This document shows, one piece after another, positions 54,388-64,000 of a stretch of DNA of 64,000 bases. The notes beneath the pieces are model-generated. The model did no database searches and was not told the origin of the DNA. It saw only the letters and a list, made by a program, of their open reading frames with translations. The stretch is from the human T2T-CHM13v2.0 reference genome, Homo sapiens. The stretch lies in the NCBI RefSeq assembly GCF_009914755.1, contig NC_060937.1, one strand, 5' to 3'. The position numbers were made by a program, and so were the translations under genes. Position 1 is the stretch's first letter; each line of letters begins with the position of its first letter.

Positions 54388-54465
54388 ACAGAATATTATT
54401 AGAAACCGTAAGTGAATATTCTATAGAACTTAAGACTGTACTTTCAACCCATCTGCAGGCCATTG
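54388..54465 (+). pseudogene. Degenerate partial duplicate of the ARHGEF7 DH exon 51717-51811
   Basis: Hand alignment to 51722-51797: 66 of 78 columns identical, two 1-nt insertions; LETVSEYSIELKTVLSTHL vs [19 protein letters not shown]. Confidence 0.85.
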
Positions 54466-55000
54466 TTTTTACTTTTATAGCATTTTTGGTTTGCATAAAG
54501 TGGCATTACTTACATGACCATGAAAGAATAGCTTGGGAATCACTTTGATTTTCTTTTGGTGAATGAAGGTCATTTGCTGATAATTCAAAGTCTTTGTAAG
54601 AGTTCATATTGTGCTCAAGATGGAAGTAAATGCTTGCCTCTGTTTTTCTCATTGGCTGTAGATAATGTGGTCTAACAAATTATTACAGTATATTTTAAAA
54701 ATACAGTTTGCAGTACCTCTGTTGGGCATTATATCAGCCCTGCGAATTATTATCCTCACATTACTCGTTAAAAAGCTGAAATAAAGGCAGTAAAGTAATC
54801 GCTTGAAGCCATGTGTTTACTAAGGCTTCAGTCCTTATGTTATCTCAGAATTTGGTATGGCTTAGGTATTATTTTGATCAAGTTTCTCAAATTTTATGCT
54901 ACATGTATACGAGGTGTTAGAGTTCCACGGGGAAATGGAATGTACTAGACGAAGTTTTCTTTCTCAGCTATTTCTCTTCTTTTTATTATGAATATTCTGA

Positions 55001-55415
<415 letters not shown>

Positions 55416-55512
55416 TTCATATTCATTATTTCTTTTGATTTTTTTTTTTCGTCTCTACACAGACTTGATTCGTAGATGTCCAGGCCCTTTCACAGCTGCC
55501 TGTTGGTTAGAC

Positions 55513-55730
55513 CCAGGAGTTGGCAAACTATGGGCTGGGTCAGATTCCGCCTACCACCTGTTTTCTATAAACAAAGTTTCACTGGCACGTGCTGTACTTT
55601 TTCATTCACCCATTGTTAATGGCTGTGTTTGTACTACAGTGGCAGCAGTGGAGTTGTGATAGAAACTGTCTGGCTCACATACCTCAAATATTTACTCCTT
55701 GGCTTTTTATAGAAAGTTGGCTGACCCCCA
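55513..55730. mobile_element. MER58A-like hAT remnant
   Basis: caggagttggcaaactatgg ... tttatagaaagttggctgacccc. Confidence 0.75.
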
Positions 55731-55849
55731 GGTGAGATGTGCTTTCTTCCTTGGGGCCTCGACCTGGCCCTAACCTCTCCATTCCCTGTGCGTTCTGAGG
55801 CCCATGTTTGTTTTCTCAGTATTTTTGCCCTGTAGGACTTCTGTCTTCC

Positions 55850-57130
55850 GTCTTGAAAACTGAAGTTTCTATCTGGTGTCATTTTTCTTCAGGCAGAGGA
55901 ACACTTTCGTTTTTTGTAATTCAGGTGTGTTACTGACAAACATGATCTTGGATTTTGTTGTCTGAAAATTGCTGCCTTCGTTCCTGAAGATTTTTTTTTT
56001 TCCCATGGATACTGAACTCTGGGTAACAGATTTGTTGTTTCAGCATTTGAAGGATATTGCTTCACTGTCTTTTGGCCTTCACTGTATCTGTTGATTGTAT
56101 CTGATGATGACCTCCATTATATTCTGATCAGCACAATTTCAGATAGTTGTTCCCCGTCCGCTTCCTAGATTTTTGCCTTTATTTTAGGTTTTTGGCATTT
56201 TGACGGTGATTATCTCGGGTGTGGTTTTCTGACTTCTCGAACTTGAAAATTTATGTCTTTTACCAAATGTGGGGAATTTGCGGGCATTATTTCTTCAAAT
56301 ATTTTGCTGCTTTACTGTTTCTACTCTGCCTTGGGGCTCCAGTTACACCCATGTAGACCTTTTGCTGGAGGTCCTGGATTTGCTCGTTGCTTTCTGACCT
56401 GGTCTCTGCTCTGTTCTTCAGGTTGAATGGCGTCTGCTGTGTCCTAAGTGTTCACTGTCTGCCTCTCTACTCTCTTGTTCGTCCCCGTGCAACAAGTTTT
56501 TAGTTTGAGAATTTTTTTCAGTTCTAGAATTTGTTTCGCTTAAAAAAAGTGTTTAGTTCTCTGCTAAGATTTTATATTTGTTCATTCACTACAAGAATAT
56601 TTTTCTTTATATCCTTTAGCAATAATTAGAATAACTGCTTTAAGGTCCCATCTGCTGATTCTTTATTGTGAGGATGGGTTACGTCTTCATGATTCTTTTT
56701 ATTTCTAGTGACTTTGAATTGTGTCCTGTTTACTGTGGGTTGTAGACTCTTGATCATGTTAGGTTTCCCTGAAGAGTATTGATTTGCTTGTTTGACAGGC
56801 AGTTAACTTGGTCAGGCTCAAATTGCCAACTCTCCCTTTGGCAGATGCTCAAATCTCAGTCCACTTATTTTAGACTCAGCTGATCTGAAGTTGGCCTTGC
56901 AAGTTCTGTTCTGCCGTCAGCCAGAGATTTGGGCAGAATTTAGAGACAGAATTCAGGGTCACACTCACCGTGGGTTTCCCCCAGCTTCCCAGCAACTCTG
57001 GTAGAACCAAACCCTGTGGATTTTTGTTGGAGTTTTAGCTGTTCCACATAACAAAGTTGGCTGCCATTAGCTTAATAGTTGAGAAAGCAGGAGGTGCCCT
57101 GCCCGTTCTTTTTTCCAAATGTCCATCCTT
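55850..57130 (-). mobile_element. Old L1M fragment
   Basis: T-rich antisense L1M motifs (ttcactgtcttttggcctt, caaatgtggggaatttgcgggcattatttcttcaaata); approximate. Confidence 0.6.
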
Positions 57131-57147
57131 CCCCAGAATATACCTGA

Positions 57148-57811
57148 TGCTAACTAAAAAGTGATTCAGGCAGGTCTCAATCGATAGAGGTTTACGTAGC
57201 TGCAGTTGAGGACGTGCCAGGTAACAGGAGCATTTGTGCTTTTTCCAAAGCTTTGAGAAGTTCAGTATTTAAAGGGGAAAGAACAAGCAGGAGGGGAAAA
57301 AAGGGAGGCTGGGGAGCAGTGAGGCAGATGCTTAAACATTGTTGTGAGCCTCCGATTGGCCTCAGTAAGCCTGCATTTTACACGGGAAAGGGGGAGTAGA
57401 GGAAAGTCAGTTGTGCGTTTTTCTCAGGGTTCTCTTTCACGGGAAGGGTGATTTCTGCTCTTGTCCTTGTCTGTACCTATGAAGATAAGCTGGTACTTGA
57501 CATTGCCAGGGTGAGATACAATAGAACTCGGTTTTAGGGCTAGTTTTTAGTGGGGGACATATGTTCTGATAGATTTAGGGGCTCACAAGAAATCTCCTTG
57601 TGAGCACTTTGTGAGGAAGGCCATCTGGGGAGCTATGTGGCCTTCTGTAGTTGTGGGCACCTGGCGTATGGATGAGGCCATGACACAGGGTTGTGGAATG
57701 ACAGCTCTCTGTTCGGCAACAAAAGGCAGACAGTGTTGCACAGTTCAGTTCCCAAGCTTCACTTTCCCACTGGCATAGTGAGTTTGGGTCCCAAGATTCT
57801 GTTATCTTTCA
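57148..57811 (-). mobile_element. MER4-group ERV1 solo LTR
   Basis: ggtctcaatcgatagaggttt, ttcagtatttaaaggggaaag, ggcatagtgagtttgggtcccaagatt motifs; subfamily not resolved. Confidence 0.65.
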
Positions 57812-58409
57812 TGCTACTTTTGAGTGCCTCTAGGCAGTTACTTTCTATATGTTTTTTAAAGTTTCGATGTTATTTGCAGGCGAGTCAGTTTGATAGGAGT
57901 AATTTGGCTATAGCCAGATTTATAGAACCCATTTCCTTTTAGTTTTTCAAATCACAGTTCTTCCTTTCATCAGCTGTAGAGGGCTCCTTGCAAGCATGCT
58001 TTGTCTAGGCTTTCAGTTCAAAACAATAGAAACTGCAATCTGCCTTCCATGCCCTTGTGCCATTTGCTGCATTAGTAGCGGCACACTGTCATTTGTGTTG
58101 TGAGGTTGTGATAGCTGGAATGTGCCCAGTTTGCCTAGAGCAGCTTTCTCAGGTATGCGTGCATTCGGCGCTTGTGCACACGCTGCCACCATGTGCGTGA
58201 TGCTGGCTGGCTGCTGATAGAGCCTGTCCTGGTGGAGCTTATAGTCTGGTGAGGGAGACAGATAATTGAAAATTGTATAAATAGTTAGAAAGCTACAATT
58301 GCAGACCTTCTTACGAAAGAAATCATATCAGGCACCAAGAGCAAACTTCAGGGGAAGATCACTGAGCACTGAGGGGTAAATGGGAGGTAACCAGGCAAAA
58401 AACGAGAGG

Positions 58410-59118
58410 AGGTTTTTCCTCACACCAGCACTTCGTCAATTGTCTGACACTGAGTTTCCAGTGGTTCAGTTCTATTCGGACATTTGTCTCCCACGAGACT
58501 GCCACATTTCAAACCCAGCTGCAAATGGGGTGCCCAAGCTATATACTCCTACCTGACTGAGTACAGATTTGAGGGTTCCCATGACTCCCTTCAGGTTTGA
58601 TAATTTGCTGGAATGACCCATGTATGTAACTCAGGAGAGTGCTTGACTTCCTGGTACCAGTTTATTATGAAGGATGCAACTCAGAATGAGATGGATAGAA
58701 GAAAGATGTAGGGTAAGGGATGGGAGCGGAGTTTCTAGGCCCTCTGGGTGCAGCACCTCCGTGCTTTCAGCAACCCAAAATCTCTCCAAGCCCTGTCCTT
58801 GGTGGTTTCTAATGTAGGCTCTGTTAGGTAGACATGCATGATTGACTAGATCACTGGACATTGCTGAGTGGCATGATCTCCAGCCCCTTGTCCTCCCTTT
58901 AGGTTGCTGGTTGGGGCTGAAAGTTCCTGTGATCATGGTGGTCTTTGTGACACCTAGCCCCCATCCTGTAAGCTGTCTAGGGGCCGACCCAGAGTTACCT
59001 CGTTAGCATAGACTCGGGTATGACGGAAAGGGGTTCATGATGGGTAACAAAAGACACTTCTGTCACTCAGAAAATTCCAGGGGCTTTGGGAGCCAGGGAC
59101 AGTTTATCTGATATCACA
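58410..59118. mobile_element. MER21-type LTR
   Basis: gggttcccatgactcccttcaggtttgataatttgctggaatg, accagtttattatgaagga motifs; ends tatcaca. Confidence 0.7.
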
Positions 59119-59580
59119 GGAGAGAGAGCACCCTGAGGTGGGCATTGGCTGTGGCTGGAGCCTGTGAATGGAGAGGAGTGGAACAGTAGGAGCCCGGACG
59201 GGCAGGCGAGATCAGGTCCTGGAGACTTTGATTGGATCTTAGGTGACTGTCAAGAGTAGTTGGAAGCCGCTGATGGATTTGAAGCTTGGCAGTATCATAG
59301 TCGGCACTCTTCTGTAAAAGGAACCGTATGCTCTGTGATGAGTGGTCTGGGTGGGGCAGAGGGCAGGAGGACACAGAGACTCCAGAAAGGAGGATATTGA
59401 ATTTTGTCGAGATTCTTTTCCGTGTTAAATAAATATCCGTTACCTTAAAAGCCACTGACTTATAATCATTCAGTGGTAATTTTGTGGAGGTGTTTATAAA
59501 AGTTACTTAGCAAGTCTGTTTTTGCTTAGGCGTTGTAGTTAGTGCTTCTGGGATCCACGGCTGGTTGTAGGCAGCGTCTT

Positions 59581-59724
59581 CTCCCAGAACCACTCTGAAC
59601 CAGGAAGTAGGTCACTACTTTCACATACACTCATGCCTGCATGCATTCATTCTCCCGGAACCACTCTGAACCAGGAAGTGTGGGTCACCACCTTCACATA
59701 CACTCATGCATGCATGCATTCATT
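59581..59724. repeat. Two-copy tandem duplication, ~71-bp period
   Basis: CTCCC(A/G)GAACCACTCTGAACCAGGAAGT...CATGCATTCATT at 59581 and 59652. Confidence 0.9.
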
Positions 59725-62206
59725 CTGTTTTTGTTTTTCCCCCAGAATGACCCTATGCCTAGAATTCTTTTGTAGCTTATATGACTTTTTCCAAGCATTC
59801 CTTTATCCCCAAAAGGGATCTCTTTGTCTGTGGTTGCCACTGTAGTTGATACTTCCAAAGTGGGAGGAGTGCCCTGGGGCCTTGTCCTCCTGGGGTCCTT
59901 GTGTGGTCCTGGAAGGTGCAGCGGGTGATTTGCTTAGCACTGGGGCAGAAGCCTAGATGGCATTCCATAGAAAGCACTAGTTAAGATGGCATAAAAGAGT
60001 TAGTCTCATTATAAAATATCCAGAAGCTGTAGAATAGGACAGAGTGAAAAACCACCAATAAACTTTTTACCCAGATGTAATTATTGTTGATACTGCCTTC
60101 CACTTCTCTAAGCTTTGGTGTATGGGAGAACACATGCATAATTAGGGCCAGGATTGAGGGCCTGCCTCTAGTTAAGATAAGATAGTGAGTGCTCTCTCAG
60201 GAGAGCCTGCCTGTTGCATTTGGGCAGTGAGGTAACCTGATTTGACCTCAGTATGGGGCAGGTGTGAATAGCACAGGCAGAGGCTTCTCCTTCCTAGATG
60301 TCCAGTACAGAAGACATTACATGTTTTGCTGCAAATTAAATGATTGCAGATGTGAAAAGAAGTTATCCCAGAAGAGAGCTGTAGAAGAATTCTAACCACT
60401 TTAATGTCATTAGGAGAGTTTTTCAAATACTTTAACGGCAGCTCATGTCTGTCTGATGGCTGCCTTACTATAAATATGTACAGTGAACTTCCATGTATAG
60501 ACCTACTATTTATTGAATTCTTAGTGTGTTCCTGGTATTTTTTCAGTTATTAACTCATTTTATCCTTTAAAGGACCCCATGAGGCAGGTGTTTAAAGATA
60601 AGAAAGCTAGGACACCAAGAGGGTGAGGGATGTGCCCAAGGTTACACAACTGGTAACTGGGGCCTCAGATTTGGAGACAGGTTGTCTTCATTCGAGGTAT
60701 GTATGTGAAAGGTTGATTCTGAGAGTCCCTGATTCATAGTTCCACCTCTTTCAGTTGGCAGTGCTTTTCGCAGGCCTGGCAGCTTCTCACCCCACCCTCT
60801 GCTGCCCTAAGGCAGCCCCAGTGAGAGCCCCCAGCCAGTTAGGTTCCTCTCCCAGGGCCAGGCCCAGCAGCAGCTGGAGCCCAGGCCCCCTTCTCCTGTT
60901 GGGGGCAGGGCCCCTGCCTCACTTTGGGAGAAGAAAGCCTTAGTGGGGAGAAATAAGATAGTGAGTGCTCTCTCAGGATAGCATTTGAAATGCAGTTTTC
61001 CTTCAAACTATTGTTCTATGTGTCGGAGAATTCCCTGTACTACATGATTTACTGTAGACCCTGTTACAGTATGATTTAGAGAGTCTTTGGACTAGTCTGG
61101 GAATGTGGAACAGTGGTTTGTAAAAAATTGCCTCTATGGGAAAATGAATTCTTGGAATCTAATAGTATCTTTTAAACGAGTTTTTAAAATAAAACTGATA
61201 AGTTGGGAATTTGCTTCTAGTTTATGATAGAAAGGAGGTTAAATTCTGTTGAAAATAGAACCTCAGAAGCCCTCTTATGGAACATCCTTGTTGTACCAAA
61301 TTTTATTCTTACTTATTTTGATGGTGACTCAGTGGTGTTGTAATACTTCCCCTAAAGAAATACTAAAATACCCAGTAACTCTCCGTCTCTTTGTTTAGAT
61401 GCCAGCGCATGGGCTGGCAAACAGTGGAGATAGCAGGATTTGCCCTGTTCCCGTCTCAGATGTACAGCTCTTGAAATAGTGAGGGTGCCTGGATCACTGT
61501 ACCCCAGAGTCTCCACCAAGCCTGGGACTACCACACTAAGCTTGTTGTGTGTAACTGTTGCTTGGGGCAGCTGCGACCATTTCACCATTCCTGCTTGAGT
61601 GTTCTGGGTGCTTTCCCCACCCCGGGTCCCCAGCCTCCCCCGATCCCTATACTTTGTGCTGCTTTGGCGATGTTCAGGGCCACCCGATGACCTCTCGCAA
61701 CCCAGTTATCACAGTTCAAATGTCTCAGAGCATTTTGGCTCTGCTGCATGCCACCATGTGATACATGGGACGCCTTTTCCTCATGGAGTTTCACATAGGT
61801 TTCTGATGGTTCTGCCGTGTTCTCTGGCTACCTGGGAGATCACAGGATGCCACGCCTGTGGAGGACTGTGAGGGAAGCCTACCCTTCTTGTAGCTCAAGT
61901 TGAACCATTGTGGTGCTGGTTCATGGGTGCTATTAGTTTAGAGGGCAAGGTGGTGGTGAATTCCATCTCCAGTCCTTTACTCAGATTGTTCTAATATGTT
62001 GTACATTTTCTGTAAGATGATAGTGAAAACAGTACATCAAGAGAAAAATTTTCTTCTCTAGAGACTCATTCTCAGCATATTTGTTGTTTGAACTGTTTTT
62101 AAATAAATCGGTTAACTGCAATGTTTGTAATTTTCAGTTTCTATTCTGGTGACAGTTTTTTTAAAAATGTGATTTTGAGTCAAGTTGTTTGAGAGGATAT
62201 GGGTGC

Positions 62207-62818
62207 CACTAACATGAAGGCCGGGCTCAGAAGAGGATTCGGGCTAAGGCACTGAGTCGCTAACATGAAGGCCGGCCTCAGAAGAGGATTCGGGCTAAGG
62301 CGCTGAGTCACTAACATGAAGGCCGGGCTCAGAAGAGGATTCGGGCTAAGGCGCTGAGTCACTAACGTGAAGGCTGGCCTCAGAAGAGGATTCGGGCTAA
62401 GGCGCTGAGTCGCTAACGTGAAGGCCGGGCCCAGAAGAGGATTCGGGCTAAGGCGCTGAGTCGCTAACGTGAAGGCCGGGCCCAGAAGAGGATTCGGGCT
62501 AAGGCGCTGAGTCGCTAACGTGAAGGCCGGGCCCAGAAGAGGATTCGGGCTAAGGCGCTGAGTCGCTAACGTGAAGGCCGGGCCCAGAAGAGGATTCGGG
62601 CTAAGGCGCTGAGTCGCTAACGTGAAGGCCGGGCCCAGAAGAGGATTCGGGCTAAGGCGCTGAGTCGCTAACGTGAAGGCCGGGCCCAGAAGAGGATTCG
62701 GGCTAAGGCGCTGAGTCGCTAACGTGAAGGCCGGGCCCAGAAGAGGATTCGGGCTAAGGCGCTGAGTCGCTAACGTGAAGGCCGGGCTCAGAAGAGGATT
62801 CGGGCTAAGGCGCTGAGT
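62207..62818. repeat. 51-bp CpG-rich VNTR, 12 copies
   Basis: Unit CGCTAACGTGAAGGCCGGGCCCAGAAGAGGATTCGGGCTAAGGCGCTGAGT; 612 bp = 12 x 51. Confidence 0.97.
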
Positions 62819-64000
62819 TCCGTTTGGGGTTGCTGTGCATTTCAGTTGGAGATGTCACAGGGGAGGGTGGAAGCGGATACTGGGAGCTGCAGACTTCCCA
62901 CCCGGCCTACTGCATGTGTGGGAAGAGGTGTGGCCCAGGTAAAGGTTAGGTTTGGATTGACAGCTCTCCTGGTCACCTGCCTCATGTTGCTTGCCCATGT
63001 CTGTCCCAGTGTCCTCATCTATAAAGCAGGGGTGCTGGTGTCACCCACCCAGAGTCTTGCGGAGGTAAAGTGGCCTGGTACTTACGGAACCATCTGCAAA
63101 TGCTCGGGGCCCTACTTGGCGTCTGGAGCTGAGTTCTCCTGCAGCCTCTGTTCTGCCAGGGCCCTCCCTGTGCACCATTTATAACTTCAGTTGTGAAAAT
63201 GTAACTTCGCACTGGCTTTGGAGGGCCCTGAGTGAGCTGGCTGGTGTTCGTGAAAGAAGATCTGTTTTCAGTCACATTGGTGAGGGACTTTTTTCCTCAC
63301 CCTTCCCATTTCTGCAGCTTTGTCTTCACTTGATTTCACTTTCTGCCCTTAAACTCGGGGACATTTTATGACTGTCTTTAACTGGGGGATATTTTTCCTG
63401 TGGAAGGTGGGGTCATGGTGCTTTCTTTTCAGTGCTGCGTTTCTCTTGGCTCTGTCGTTTGGGGATGTCTGACAGGCAGTTGACTAGCCATGGAATCAGG
63501 TTGGAAGTAGAGAATGATTTAATGAACTTCATGAATGGTGTAATGAATTGGTATGATATTTCATTCGTTGTCTGGATCTTTTTAATGTCGATATTTTAAT
63601 TATTTTTTTCCTAAAATAGCTGGAGGCAACTTATTTTTAACCGCCAGCTAGTTAAGCCATCATTGCCTGTATTTGGAATGGTAGAAAACAACCAAATGTG
63701 TCTTTAGTCTTATTCTTATCCTACACTAATCAGTTCCTTGATTAGTAGGCTGTAGCTATGGAGGAGGCGGTAGCTACGGCATAAACCAAAGAAGGCAGGA
63801 AGGTTTCACTTGGAAGGCGATGGAGAAATAGACCAAACGTTCAGGAAAGAAACATTTTGGATGATTAAGGAAGCTTTATAAATGGCATGTAGGGAGGCAC
63901 AGTGATTGGAACTGCGGGCGCTTTGATGTTTTTAGCCACCATGCCTTCTTTCATAGAGGGTTACCTATGGCATGTTCTCCCTGCCCACACTCAGGTTCTG

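Noticed and set aside
54294-54548. 84-aa ORF covering the exon duplicate
   Set aside because: TTG start and only ~20 codons resemble the DH domain; reported as a duplicated fragment, not a gene
62180-62818. Open minus-strand frame through the 51-bp VNTR (TQRLSPNPLL repeats)
   Set aside because: A by-product of a 17-codon stop-free unit; no other coding evidence

Overview
Primate (almost certainly human) genomic DNA from the interior of ARHGEF7 (beta-PIX/COOL-1), transcribed on the + strand. Six GT-AG coding exons join in one frame and cover the end of the CH domain, the linker, the SH3 domain and the start of the DH domain. The introns hold an antisense ERV9/HERV9-type provirus (LTR12, tRNA-Arg PBS, decayed gag-pro-pol, 1-7048), six Alus, a near full-length Hsmar1 mariner, a Tigger1, MaLR/ERVL/ERV1 solo LTRs, old L1 fragments and several VNTRs. 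Four observations stand out. (1) A candidate internal first exon (ATG 49128, donor 49182) splices in frame to the DH exon and would give beta-PIX a myristoylation/palmitoylation/polybasic N-terminus (MGSCSSQSVQKTRRGRKV) in place of CH+SH3. (2) A degenerate intronic copy of the first DH exon at 54388-54465 has gained a GTAAGT donor. (3) An ~830-bp fold-back rearrangement surrounds a TA microsatellite inside an MLT2A LTR. (4) A symmetric 333-nt exon pair flanked by inverted Alus would form a stop-free circRNA. Repeat subfamily names come from remembered consensus motifs and the boundaries of old repeats are approximate; no database was consulted.
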